Origin: Planctomycetota bacterium | GTDB lineage: Bacteria; Planctomycetota; B15-G4 | DNA length: 64,000 nt | Assembly (NCBI GenBank): GCA_038212275.1 | Contig: JBBQUR010000016.1 | Location: 1-64,000 of the forward strand | Direction of reading: 5' to 3' | In this document: piece after piece, positions 9,458 to 19,160 of the stretch | Numbering within the stretch: the first letter of the stretch is position 1 | Layout: every line of letters begins with the position of its first letter | Program-made: the position numbers and the translations under genes | Notes under the pieces: model-generated | Database searches by the model: none | What the model was told of the DNA's origin: nothing | What the model saw: only the letters and a program-made list of their open reading frames with translations

Positions 9458-12162
9458 GTCGGGTCCTCCAGCAGTTCCGCCACGCGCGCGCGGCGCACGA
9501 GCAGCCACGGCACCACGCCGGCGGCCAGTCCCGCGAGCACTGCGAGCAGCAGCACGCCGGCGACGGGCAGCAGCGGCACGAGCATCGGGTAGCTCCAGCC
9601 GAAACTGCGCGTGTTCACCACCGCGATGAGGATCCACGCGAGCGCCGCGCCGACCGGCAGCGCGACGAGGCAGTCCACGAGCAGGATCGCTCCGGCTTCG
9701 AGCATCAGCAGCAGGCCCACGGTGCGTGTCGTGGCGCCGAGCGCGCGCAGCACGCCCAGCTCCGCGCGCCGCTCGAGGTGCAGGCACAGCAGCGCGGTGA
9801 GCACGCCGACGAGCGCGAGCACCGTGGAGATCGTCTGCAGCACGTAGGTGATGGCGAAGGTCTCGTCGAAGGCCGCGAGCACGCCCTGGCGCAGCGCGCC
9901 CACCGTGCGGAACTCCGCGTCGGGCCACGCCGCCGCGAGCGCGGTGCGCACGGCTTCCGGGTCTGCGCCCGGTTCCAGCGAGAGCGCGGCATTGCTCACG
10001 CCGGGATCGCCGTACTGCGCCAGGAACGCGCCTTCGTCGAGCAGCGCATAGCCGCGGTCCAGCGCGAAATCCTGGAACACGCCCGCGACGCGGACCGAAC
10101 GCGCACCGGTCGTCCCGTGCAGCTCGAGCATCGAGCCGGGCTGGAGCGAGAGCCGCCGCGCGAGCGGTTCGGTCACCAGCGCCTCGCCCGCGGCGGCGCG
10201 CCGCAGCGCATCGGCCTCGTCTCCCTGCAGGAAGCGCAGCCGCATGTGGCTCTGCAGCGCCGCGATGCGCGCGCCGACGACGAGGAAGGGCTGGCCCGTG
10301 CGCGGATCGCCGTCCTCGGCCGCGCGGCGCACGTCCACCGCGGCGACGCCGGGCGTGGCGGCCAGCACCGGCAGCAGCTCGTCGGGCAGGCGCGCCGTGT
10401 AGGGCGCGAGTTCCTGGAACAGAGGGCTCACGTAGAGGTCGCCGCGCAGCATGCCGTCGGCCCACGCGCGCACCTCGCTGCGAAAGGAGCCGATCATGAT
10501 GACGATGGCGATCGTCATCGCGACGGGCATCGCCAGCGCACCGGCCGCGGCCCCCGCGCGCGGCAGCGAGCGCAAGAGGCGGTCCGCCGCGAGCAGCGGC
10601 AGCGGGCGTCGTGGCGCGAGGCGCAGCGCGCGCCCGAGCAGCACCGGCACCGCGCCCGCCGCGCCGAGAAGCAGCAGCAGCACGGACAGGGACGGCAGCA
10701 GCAGCGACGTGCGCGCCGGCAGCAGCACGAGACCCGCGCCCGCGAGCAGCACGAGCGGCCAGCGCAGCGAGGGCGCCGGATCCTGCACCGAGCCTCCCGC
10801 GACGAGAATCGGCGGCGTACGCGCCGCGGCGCGTGCCGGCGCAAACGTCGCGGCGACGGTGGCGGCCACCGCGATGAGCAGCGCGAGCAGCGCGGTGGCA
10901 GCGTCGAGCGTGACGGCCGGCGTGCCGGTCACCGGCCCGTAGAGCGTGGAGACGGTGCGCGCGACATCGCCGACGAGCGTGACGGCGAGCAGCCGTCCCG
11001 CGACGAGGCCGAGCAGCCCGCCAAGCGCGCCGAGCACGAGCGCCTCGAGCAGCACCGCGATCAGCAGGTCGCGCGCGGGGCAGCCCAGGCAGCGCAGCTT
11101 GCCGAGCAGCGGCCGTCGCCGCACGACCGCGAACTGCGCCATGTTGAACACGAGGAACGCGCCGACGAGCAGCGCCAGCATGCCCAGCGCGAGCAGGTTG
11201 AAGCGGAAGGCCGCGGTCATCGCATCGGCGCGTTCGCCGCGGCGCCCGGGGCGCTCGATCGTCTCTCCAGGCAGCAGCGGCACGGCGTCCGGGTCGCTGC
11301 CATCCGCGAGGATCAGATCGAAGCGCAGCACGCCCTCGCCGAGTCCCAGCAGTTCCTGCGCGGTCGCGAGGTCCGCGATTGCGAGCGCGACCTCGGGCAG
11401 TTCGCCGAAGACCTCGGTGGTCATCGGCACGGCGGTCAGCGTGGACAGGCCGCGCGGGCCGCGCACGGTGAGCGGCCCGCCGTCCTGCATACCGAGCGCG
11501 GCAAGCGTTGCCGGCGGCACGAGCACGAGGCCCGGCTCGGCAAGCATCCGCGTGAGCAGTTGCCCCGCTCGCCCGGCCCGCGCGGCGGCTTCGGGATCGG
11601 GCCCCTGCGCCGCGCGCGCGACCGGCGCCGGCAGGAAGGGCCGCGCCATGAACGGGTCGATGCCGAGCAGTCGCAGCGTGGGCGGCGCGGACTCGGCATC
11701 GCGGTCGCCGTCGGGCATGCCGGCGTGCGTGCCGACCTGCGGACTTTCGCCCGGCGTCGCGTGCGCGTCTTCCGTCTGCAGCCGCGCGCGGGCCTCCGGC
11801 GCGGAGTCGTCGAGCATCTGCGACAGCGCCGCGTGGCGCTCGCGTGCGGCGAGCGCGCCGCGCGGGAGCACGAGCGTCGTCTCGATCACCGGCGCGGCGG
11901 CGAGCACGCCCGGCGCTGCCAGCAGTTCCGCCAGGCGCGCGGCCGGCATCGGCGCCGCGGACACGACCTGGTGCGTCGCCTGCCCCGCAATGCCGGCGTA
12001 GGTGCGGCGGAAGCTGTCGAGCGCCGCGTTGCTCGCGAGGCGGATCGCGACCGCGACCGCCACGCCGACGACGATGCCGAGCAGCGTCGTCGCCGTCTGC
12101 AGGCGATGCGCGCGGGCATCGGCCAGCAGCACGCCGAGCACCGTGCGCAGCCGCGCGAACAT
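9454..12162 (-). CDS. ABC transporter permease, double FtsX/MacB-type (AttF/G-like)
   Basis: Two MacB-type TM repeats, ERRAELGVLRALGA and VVNTRSFGW; lies between the ATPase and the AttH-like gene. Confidence 0.9.
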   Translation of the reverse strand: MFARLRTVLGVLLADARAHRLQTATTLLGIVVGVAVAVAIRLASNAALDSFRRTYAGIAGQATHQVVSAAPMPAARLAELLAAPGVLAAAPVIETTLVLPRGALAARERHAALSQMLDDSAPEARARLQTEDAHATPGESPQVGTHAGMPDGDRDAESAPPTLRLLGIDPFMARPFLPAPVARAAQGPDPEAAARAGRAGQLLTRMLAEPGLVLVPPATLAALGMQDGGPLTVRGPRGLSTLTAVPMTTEVFGELPEVALAIADLATAQELLGLGEGVLRFDLILADGSDPDAVPLLPGETIERPGRRGERADAMTAAFRFNLLALGMLALLVGAFLVFNMAQFAVVRRRPLLGKLRCLGCPARDLLIAVLLEALVLGALGGLLGLVAGRLLAVTLVGDVARTVSTLYGPVTGTPAVTLDAATALLALLIAVAATVAATFAPARAAARTPPILVAGGSVQDPAPSLRWPLVLLAGAGLVLLPARTSLLLPSLSVLLLLLGAAGAVPVLLGRALRLAPRRPLPLLAADRLLRSLPRAGAAAGALAMPVAMTIAIVIMIGSFRSEVRAWADGMLRGDLYVSPLFQELAPYTARLPDELLPVLAATPGVAAVDVRRAAEDGDPRTGQPFLVVGARIAALQSHMRLRFLQGDEADALRRAAAGEALVTEPLARRLSLQPGSMLELHGTTGARSVRVAGVFQDFALDRGYALLDEGAFLAQYGDPGVSNAALSLEPGADPEAVRTALAAAWPDAEFRTVGALRQGVLAAFDETFAITYVLQTISTVLALVGVLTALLCLHLERRAELGVLRALGATTRTVGLLLMLEAGAILLVDCLVALPVGAALAWILIAVVNTRSFGWSYPMLVPLLPVAGVLLLAVLAGLAAGVVPWLLVRRARVAELLEDPT

Positions 12163-12165
12163 CGC

Positions 12166-12858
12166 TCAGCGCTCCGCGATGCGGCCGTCGGCGAGGCGCA
12201 CCTCGCGGTCGGCGGCGGCGGTCACCATCGGGTCGTGCGTGGCGAGCAGCACGGCGGCGCCGCGCTCGCGCGACAGCTCGGCCAGCAGGTGCATCACGCC
12301 GGCGCCGGCGGTGTGGTCGAGGTTGCCCGTCGGTTCGTCGGCAAGCACGAGCGCGGGGCGGTTCACGAGCGCGCGCGCGATGGCGACGCGCTGCCGCTGG
12401 CCGCCGGAGAGCTGGTCGGGGCGGCGCGCGAGCAGCTCGCCGAGACCGACGCGCGCCGCAAGTGTGCCCGCTTCGGCGGCGACTTCGCGGGCGTCGCGGC
12501 CCGCGAGCCGCCCCGGCAGCGAGATGTTCTCGAGCACCGTGAGCGATGCCACGAGATGAAAGGACTGGAAGACGAACCCGACGTGCCGGTTGCGGAAGGC
12601 CGAGGCCTGCGCGTCGGTGAGCCCCGCGAGATCCTGCCCGGCGACGACGACGCGCCCCGAGCTCGGCTCGTCCATGGCGCCGAGGATGTGCAGCAGCGTG
12701 CTCTTGCCCGAGCCGCTCGGGCCCGTCAGCGCGACGACCTCGCCGCGGCGCAACTCCAGCGAGACGTCCGCGAGCGCGACGGCCGCCGTGCCGCCGCGTC
12801 CGTAAGTCCGCCCGAGGCGCTCGACGCGCGCGACGACCTCAGCGCCCGCCGACGCCAC
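12166..12858 (-). CDS. ABC transporter ATP-binding protein (LolD/MacB-like)
   Basis: Walker A GPSGSGKST, LSGGQRQR, LADEPTGNLD and H-loop ATHD. Confidence 0.96.
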   Translation of the reverse strand: MASAGAEVVARVERLGRTYGRGGTAAVALADVSLELRRGEVVALTGPSGSGKSTLLHILGAMDEPSSGRVVVAGQDLAGLTDAQASAFRNRHVGFVFQSFHLVASLTVLENISLPGRLAGRDAREVAAEAGTLAARVGLGELLARRPDQLSGGQRQRVAIARALVNRPALVLADEPTGNLDHTAGAGVMHLLAELSRERGAAVLLATHDPMVTAAADREVRLADGRIAER

Positions 12859-12859
12859 G

Positions 12860-13741
12860 TCAGCGTCCGAGCACGGAGCGCAGCGCGCCTTCGATCTCGG
12901 GTTGGCGGAAGACGAAGCCCCGGGCCTGCGCGGCCGCGCTGGTGCAGCGCTGGCTTGCGGTGAGCACCTCGGCGACCGGGCCGAACTTCAGGCGCAGCGC
13001 GAACGCAGGCACCATGAAGAAGGCCGGTCGGCTCAGGGCGCGACCGAGCGCGCGGCTGAAGGCGGCATTGGTGACCGTGCCGGGTGACGTCGCGTTGAAC
13101 ACGCCCTTCACGTCGTGCGTGTCGATGGCCCAGAGGATCATGGCGACGAGGTCGTCGATCGCGATCCAGCTGAAGTACTGGCGGCCAAGGCCGATCGGGC
13201 CGCCGACGCCGAGCCTGAACGGCGGGAGCATCTGCTCCAGCGCACCGCCGCCGTCGCCGAGCACGACGCCGAAGCGCAGGATCACGGTGCGCGCCCGGCA
13301 CTTTCGCGCCTCGGCCTCCCAGTCCCGGCATACGCTGGCCATGAAGTCGCTGCCCGGTGCGGCGTTCTCGTCCAGCGTCTCGCTGCCGCGGTCGCCGTAG
13401 AAGCCGATCGCCGACGCGTTCACGAGCACGGCAGGCGGATCCGTGCACTCGGCGATGGCGTCCACGATGCGGCGCGTGGCGTCCACGCGGCTGTTGCGGA
13501 TCTGCGCCTTGCGGACCTTGTTCCAGCGCGGGCCGAAGATCGGTTCGCCGGCGAGGTTCACGACCGCGTCGTAGCTGTCGAGCGGCGGCAGCCAGCCGCG
13601 GTAGCTTGCGCCGGACATCGCGTGCAGGCGCGCACCCGCCGGATCGCGGCTGACGACGGTGACGACGTCGCCGCGCGCCGCAAGAGCTGCCGTCAGGCGG
13701 CGACCGACGAAGCCGGTGCCGCCGGCGATCAGGACGTTCAC
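12860..13741 (-). CDS. TIGR01777-family NAD-dependent epimerase/oxidoreductase (YfcH-like)
   Basis: VLIAGGTGFVG, VVNLAGEPI, RW...K.I..SRV, ASAIGFYG and SWIAIDD. GTG start overlaps the upstream stop. Confidence 0.92.
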   Translation of the reverse strand: MNVLIAGGTGFVGRRLTAALAARGDVVTVVSRDPAGARLHAMSGASYRGWLPPLDSYDAVVNLAGEPIFGPRWNKVRKAQIRNSRVDATRRIVDAIAECTDPPAVLVNASAIGFYGDRGSETLDENAAPGSDFMASVCRDWEAEARKCRARTVILRFGVVLGDGGGALEQMLPPFRLGVGGPIGLGRQYFSWIAIDDLVAMILWAIDTHDVKGVFNATSPGTVTNAAFSRALGRALSRPAFFMVPAFALRLKFGPVAEVLTASQRCTSAAAQARGFVFRQPEIEGALRSVLGR

Positions 13742-14310
13742 AGAAGCTGCTCCGACTCGCGGCGTCGCGCCTGGAACCACTCGGTGGCGAAATCGAGCAA
13801 GGCTTCCTCCACCCAGTGCGTGACGCGCTGGCGGCCCGTCGGCCCGTGCGGCTGGGCGGGCAGCCCGCCGGAAGCTTCGGACGCGGCGGAGACAGGGATG
13901 CGCGTGCGCGTCGTCTCGCGGTCGCGGCCGCGGACGGTGGAGTGGCAGGCCAGCGCGACGACGTCCGGCGAGGCGGGGTCGATCTCCACCTCGAACTCGA
14001 GGTCGATGCGGGTGACGCCGCGACCGGCGCCGCGCGCGACGTCCGCGCCGTGCTCCGGCCGACTGTGCGCGCCGAGCACGCGGCGGCCCGAGATCCGCCC
14101 GCGCCACGGGCGCAGTTGCGGGATGACGAGCTGCAGTTCCGCGAGGCATGCGCTGATGAGCGCCTCCACCTCGGTGGTCAGCGCAAAGGCGGCAAGCACG
14201 CGTCCAGCGGGCAGGCCCGAAGCCGTGAGAGCCTGCGCTCCGTGGTCGCCGTGCGTGCCCCGTGCGACGCCGAGGCCGTGCGGGTGGTCCTGTGTGTTCT
14301 GCTTCTGCAT
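13738..14310 (-). CDS. Hypothetical protein (190 aa)
   Basis: Open frame whose stop overlaps the epimerase start (GTGA). No family recognised; ATG 14310 chosen as start. Confidence 0.55.
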   Translation of the reverse strand: MQKQNTQDHPHGLGVARGTHGDHGAQALTASGLPAGRVLAAFALTTEVEALISACLAELQLVIPQLRPWRGRISGRRVLGAHSRPEHGADVARGAGRGVTRIDLEFEVEIDPASPDVVALACHSTVRGRDRETTRTRIPVSAASEASGGLPAQPHGPTGRQRVTHWVEEALLDFATEWFQARRRESEQLL

Positions 14311-14466
14311 GGACTGCCTGAGGAAGTGGAGGCGGGTCGCGGAATCGCGGGAGGAGCAGGAGACGCCGGTCAGCGTGAGCCGTCGGGACTCGCACTGCAA
14401 GCGTCGAGGTGGGACCAAGAGATAACTCCGTCCGCCCGCGATGCACGTGCATTTCCGGCGCCGACG

Positions 14467-14510
14467 GGTGGCGGCGCGGCCGCCACCGCGGCCGCCACCG
14501 CGGCCGTCAC
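14467..14510. repeat. 12-bp tandem repeat (CGCGGCCGCCAC x3) with hairpin potential, downstream of the GT4 gene
   Basis: Units at 14475, 14487 and 14499; ggtggcggc pairs with gccgccacc. Confidence 0.6.
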
Positions 14511-14524
14511 AGCGCCCGGGAGAC

Positions 14525-15733
14525 TCAGTGCGCGGCCGGGCGGCTGCCCTCGTGGACGCCCGGCGCAGCGTGCGCTTCGGCCGGGGCGCGCCCGGTCACT
14601 TCCTCGAAGAGCGCTTCCGTGCGGCGGAAGATGCCATCGCGTGCAAAGCCGGCCACCTTGTCGAGGCTGCGCTGGACGTAGAGCGCCGTGCGCTGCGGAT
14701 CGGCCAGCAGGTCGGTGATCGCGGCGGCGATGCCTTCTTCGTCCTGGAACGCGAAGCTGCGGCCGGTGACGCGGTCTTCGATGAGTTCGGGGTTGCCGCA
14801 GACGTTCGAGACCGCGGCCGGCAGTCCCAGCCACATGACCTCGAGCAGCGTGTGCGACAGGCCCTCGTAGGCGCTGTTCAGCAGGAAGACGTCCGACGCG
14901 CGGATCCAAGCCATGACGTCGGCGTGCGCCACGTTGCCGAGAAAGTGCACGCGCCCGGAGAGGCCGAGGTCGCGCGCGACGGCGGTCCAGTTGTCCAGCT
15001 CGTCGCCGTCGCCGGCAATATAGAGGTGATGGTTTTCCGGCAGACGCTTGAGGGCGCGGATGAGGCCGTCCACGCCCTTCCAGATCATGAGGCGGCAGAT
15101 CGTGAGCAGCACCACGCGATCGGCGGGGAGGCCGAGGCGCGTGCGGCACTCGGCGCGCGTTGCGGTGAAGTCGAGCGGGCCGTGGTAGGCGTTGTAGATG
15201 AGCTCCACGCGCTGCGGCGCGACGCCATAGCCCTCGACGATGCTCTTGAGGAAGGCCGAGGGCGCGATGATGCGGCGCATCCAGCCCCACCACATGCGCT
15301 GCAGCCGGCGCGCGAACGCGACCTTCCAGCCGTAGGTGCGGAATTGGTAGTCGGTGATCGTGTCGTGGTGCCAGCCGAGGCGGTGGCTGATCTCCCAGGT
15401 GCCGTCCACGCAGACGCGGATCACCGTGGGCTTGCCGCGCAGGCGCGCCGCCAGCGCCACGTGCAGCGCGAGGTGCTCGTTGATGTAGACGAGGTCCGCG
15501 TGCGCCGCCTCGCGCCACACCGCGAGGAAGTCCTTCCAGTAGCGCAGCGGCATGAAGCAGCGCGGGATCGACACCACGCGGAAGGGCCAGCCCTTCGGCT
15601 CCGGGTCGCTGCAGAACGCGACGACGGTGACGTCGTGGCCGCGCTTCGCGAGGAAGCTCGCAAGGCTGGGCACGTACGTGGCAGGGCCGCCGAGGTCGGG
15701 CGGAAAGATGGGGCTGGTGATGAGGATCTTCAT
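14525..15733 (-). CDS. Glycosyltransferase family 4 (GT-B)
   Basis: MKILITSPIFPPDLGGPA N-terminus, RL...KG, and EX7E motif YEGLSHTLLE. Confidence 0.93.
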   Translation of the reverse strand: MKILITSPIFPPDLGGPATYVPSLASFLAKRGHDVTVVAFCSDPEPKGWPFRVVSIPRCFMPLRYWKDFLAVWREAAHADLVYINEHLALHVALAARLRGKPTVIRVCVDGTWEISHRLGWHHDTITDYQFRTYGWKVAFARRLQRMWWGWMRRIIAPSAFLKSIVEGYGVAPQRVELIYNAYHGPLDFTATRAECRTRLGLPADRVVLLTICRLMIWKGVDGLIRALKRLPENHHLYIAGDGDELDNWTAVARDLGLSGRVHFLGNVAHADVMAWIRASDVFLLNSAYEGLSHTLLEVMWLGLPAAVSNVCGNPELIEDRVTGRSFAFQDEEGIAAAITDLLADPQRTALYVQRSLDKVAGFARDGIFRRTEALFEEVTGRAPAEAHAAPGVHEGSRPAAH

Positions 15734-15849
15734 CGCGTGGTCCGCGGTGCGGGGCGCTGGAGTCTATGCGCCGCGCGGGCCTCGTGCGAGCGAGGCGCGG
15801 CGCGCGGCGCCGGTGGCGCGTCCGGGTCCCGCCGTGGAAGATCAGCTCC

Positions 15850-16704
15850 ATGCCCGAGCTGCCTGAGGTCGAGACCGTCGTGCGCCAGCTGCGGCCGCTG
15901 CTCGTCGGGCGCACGGTGACCGGCGCGGAGGTGCTCTGGGCGCGCACGATCGCGCGGCCGTCGGTGCGCAGCTTCCGCGGGCAGCTCGTCGGGCGGCGCT
16001 TCACGGCGCTGGACCGCCGCGCGAAATACCTCATCGCGACGCTTGATGACGGGCGACTGCTCGTGGGGCACCTGCGCATGACGGGACGCTTCTTCGTGCG
16101 CGCCGTGGCGGGGCGGCCGGAGGCGGGCGAGCCGGACGGAAAGTTCGTGCGCGTGAGCATCGGTCTCGACGGCGGGCGAGAGCTGGTGTTCTCCGATGTC
16201 CGCAAGTTCGGGCGGCTGGCCCTCGTGTCGGCGCTGGCAGACGCGCTGCCCGAGCTCGGCCCCGAACCGCTCTCTCCGGAAATGGACGGCGCGTGGCTCG
16301 CCGCCGCGCTCGCGGCGCGGCGCCGGATGCTCAAGCCCCTGCTGCTGGACCAGTCCTTCCTCGCGGGCCTCGGCAACATCTACGTGGACGAGTCGCTGCA
16401 CCGTGCGGGGCTGCACCCGCTGCAGCGCAGCGAGCGCGTGTCGCGGCAGCGCGCCGGCGTGCTGGCGGAGGCGATCCGCGACATCCTCTCCCGCGCCATC
16501 GCCGCGGAAGGCAGCAGCTTCGACACCTTCTACAGGACGCCGGAGGGACAGCCGGGCGCCTTCCAGGACGAGTTCGCGGTTTACGGGCGTGGCGGAAAGC
16601 CCTGCCGTGCGTGCGGCACGCCGATCCGGCGCATCGTGGTGGGGCAGCGCGGCACGCACTTCTGCCCGCGCTGCCAGCCGGCGTCGCGGCGGCGCGCGAC
16701 ATGA
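15850..16704 (+). CDS. mutM: Formamidopyrimidine-DNA glycosylase
   Basis: MPELPEVET, RRAKYL, HLRMTG, GLGNIYVDESL and C-terminal zinc finger CRAC...CPRCQ. Confidence 0.98.
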   Translation: MPELPEVETVVRQLRPLLVGRTVTGAEVLWARTIARPSVRSFRGQLVGRRFTALDRRAKYLIATLDDGRLLVGHLRMTGRFFVRAVAGRPEAGEPDGKFVRVSIGLDGGRELVFSDVRKFGRLALVSALADALPELGPEPLSPEMDGAWLAAALAARRRMLKPLLLDQSFLAGLGNIYVDESLHRAGLHPLQRSERVSRQRAGVLAEAIRDILSRAIAAEGSSFDTFYRTPEGQPGAFQDEFAVYGRGGKPCRACGTPIRRIVVGQRGTHFCPRCQPASRRRAT

Positions 16705-16817
16705 GCTTCCTCGATCCCTACGCGCGCAACCGGCGCGTGCCGCTCATCGTCATCGCGCGCCTGGTGCTGCTGGCGCTCGTGGCGGGCCTGGCCGCGCTGG
16801 CGTGGTGGCTCTGGTGA
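16701..16817 (+). CDS. 38-aa single-pass membrane peptide
   Basis: MSFLDPYARNRRVPLIVIARLVLLALVAGLAALAWWLW; ATGA overlap with the mutM stop. Confidence 0.6.
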   Translation: MSFLDPYARNRRVPLIVIARLVLLALVAGLAALAWWLW

Positions 16818-16846
16818 GCGCCGCGCGAGCAAACCGCGCCGTGTGA

Positions 16847-16940
16847 CCCGCGGCCCCCGCGGCCCCCGCGGCCCGCACGACCCGCGGGCCACGGGCCACG
16901 CAACGCGGGCCACGCAACGCGGGCCACGCGACGCGGGCCA
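16847..16940. repeat. Compound tandem repeat (9-bp CCCGCGGCC x3, 14-bp CGGGCCACGCAACG x3.5) between convergent genes
   Basis: 9-mers at 16847, 16856 and 16865; 14-mers at 16892, 16906 and 16920. Confidence 0.75.
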
Positions 16941-16960
16941 AGGCGGCGGAAGTCCGCCGA

Positions 16961-18988
16961 TCAGCGCAACTCGCGAAAGACGTGCAGCGGGTCGCGCAGG
17001 ATGGCGAGGCTTGCACGCCACAGCAACGCGCGGCCGCGGCGCGCGGGAATGCCGCGTGCGCGCAGCGCCATCCAGAAGGCAAGCAGGAAGCTCACGAAAA
17101 GATTGCACGTTCCGATGGTCAGGATGCCGGCGACGATGGCCGCCCACTGCATCGCGCCGAGCGCGCCCAGCCCGAGGGCCGATGCGGAGAGCGAGAGGCC
17201 GCCGGAGACAAGCGTCACGTGGCGGACCTCCAGGGGAATGCCGAAGAATTCTCCCGCCAGCGGCGCGAAGGCCAGCGCGAAGCCCATGATCAGCGCGGCG
17301 GTGACGCCGCCGAGGTGGCGCGCGATCCAGTCGGCGCCCGCCGCGAGACGCGCCGCGCCGAAGCGCGCGCGCAGCCCGCCGTCGCTCACAAGCGTCTCGC
17401 GCACGTTGTGGAAGGTGAAGGCGTTGTCGACGCCGCTCGCGATCCAGCCCGAGGCCCAGAGGATCACGCCGGTGAACATCGCGAAGACGATCGATCCCGA
17501 ATCCCACGGGCTGTTCGACTCGATCACGTGGAGCGCCTTCACGTCGCCGAGCATGTGGCTGCCGGTCAGCGCGGAAAGCCCCGCTTCCACCACGAACACT
17601 GCGGGAATCACGCCGAGCAGGTTGCCGAGCAGCGCCGCCAGCTGCGTCGTCACGATGGCCGCCGCCGTGTCGACGAGTTCCTTGTCGGCCTCGGGCGAGG
17701 CGTCGTCGGAGATGCGGCTTGCCAGCGCCGACGCGGTCATCGCGGGCATCTTGGTGGCCAGCTTCAGGTGCAGGAAGTGCATGGCCGTGAAGCTGCCGCC
17801 GTAGTTGAGTGCGTGGTAGAGCGAGTGGAAGAACGGCGGCAGGCCCGACGGCTCGAGATACTTGATGAAGGTGGTCAGCGTGATGAAGGCGCCGCCCCCC
17901 AGCGCGGAGAGGAAGATGACGCGCAGCGCCGAGGTGCCGCGCGCGATGCCTTCCTCGCCCGTCTCGCCGGCGCGTTCGACGGTCTTGCGCGCCACGAGGT
18001 GCAGGCTCTGCGCCACGACGCGCCCCGGCCTGCGGTCCTGGAGCTCGCCGTGCACGAGCTCGACGAAGAGCGCCCACAGGACGCGCGACCGCTCGACCGG
18101 CTCCGTGTGCGGCGATCGAACGGTGGCGATCACGCCCGCGAGCAGGCGGATGCGCTGAAGGTAGGCGCGACCGCGCTCGATCTGGAACACGAGGTCGAGG
18201 CTCACGCCGCGTTCCTCGAGATGCGCGCGGACGTCGTCGAAGAAGCGGTCGCCGTCACCGGTGAGCGCCAGCAGCGCTTCGATGTCGGCTTCGCCTCCTC
18301 CTTCCGCGATGCGTCGCGCGAAGTGCCGGCACGCGTCCTCGAGGCGCAGCATCGGATGGTCGGCGAGAGCGCCGTCGTGGTCCGCGCGCGCCGCGACATC
18401 CGCCATCAGCGCGATGGAGGCGCCGCGATTGCCGAGCACCCAGACGGCGTCGGCCGCCTCGCGCACGAGGGCCTGGCGACGCTCCAGGGGAATCGAGTCG
18501 GCGAGCCAGACGAGCAACGCGTCGCGGGATGCCTGGGGCATGGCGCCCAGCCAGGCGTCGTCCGCCGACGCGCCGAAGACTCGCGGCAGCGCGCCTGCCA
18601 GAGAACCCCTCGTCAGCAGCTGCGGAAAGAGCGAGCGGGAGAGTCGTCCGGAAAGCTCCTTGGGGAAGGACGCCGACGAGGGCACGCCCGATTCGCAGAA
18701 GATCCGCAGGGCCGAGCCGCGCGCCAGCACGCTCGCGATCACGGCACCCGCCGCCTGCGCGAGTTCCGCGTGCTGCCGCAGCCGCTGCAGCAGCAGGTTG
18801 ACGCGCGCCTCCGGGCTGAACTCGTCCCGGCGTGACCCGCGAAGCCACGTGACCAGCGACCTCAACCAGTCGAGCTGTTCGGGCTCGTCGAGGTCGCGCG
18901 CCTCGAGCGCCAGCTGCAGGATGGTGTTGAGGTCGCGCGCGTGGCCGCCGCGCAATGCCGATCGCCAGACCTGGATCGTCCGGTTCAT
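16961..18988 (-). CDS. Gcr / 'site-specific recombinase' (PF10136-like) polytopic membrane protein
   Basis: AGETGEEGIAR, SALGGG, LATKMPAMTA, QLAALLGN, GIPLEVRHVT and NLFVSF match the family. Putative extended -10 (TGGTAGTGT) ~44 nt upstream. Confidence 0.82.
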   Translation of the reverse strand: MNRTIQVWRSALRGGHARDLNTILQLALEARDLDEPEQLDWLRSLVTWLRGSRRDEFSPEARVNLLLQRLRQHAELAQAAGAVIASVLARGSALRIFCESGVPSSASFPKELSGRLSRSLFPQLLTRGSLAGALPRVFGASADDAWLGAMPQASRDALLVWLADSIPLERRQALVREAADAVWVLGNRGASIALMADVAARADHDGALADHPMLRLEDACRHFARRIAEGGGEADIEALLALTGDGDRFFDDVRAHLEERGVSLDLVFQIERGRAYLQRIRLLAGVIATVRSPHTEPVERSRVLWALFVELVHGELQDRRPGRVVAQSLHLVARKTVERAGETGEEGIARGTSALRVIFLSALGGGAFITLTTFIKYLEPSGLPPFFHSLYHALNYGGSFTAMHFLHLKLATKMPAMTASALASRISDDASPEADKELVDTAAAIVTTQLAALLGNLLGVIPAVFVVEAGLSALTGSHMLGDVKALHVIESNSPWDSGSIVFAMFTGVILWASGWIASGVDNAFTFHNVRETLVSDGGLRARFGAARLAAGADWIARHLGGVTAALIMGFALAFAPLAGEFFGIPLEVRHVTLVSGGLSLSASALGLGALGAMQWAAIVAGILTIGTCNLFVSFLLAFWMALRARGIPARRGRALLWRASLAILRDPLHVFRELR

Positions 18989-19160
18989 GGTGTCGGGATC
19001 GCGGGGGCGCGGTGCGGCTTCATCGGGCGAGGACACTACCAAGAACGCCCGGCGGCCCGACCGGTGGCTTTTGGGGCGCGGGTTTCCGAAGCTTCGCCTG
19101 ACACCCGGACGTCGCCGACCGTCGCTGGCCCGGCGTCCTGTCCCCACGGGAGAACCTGCC

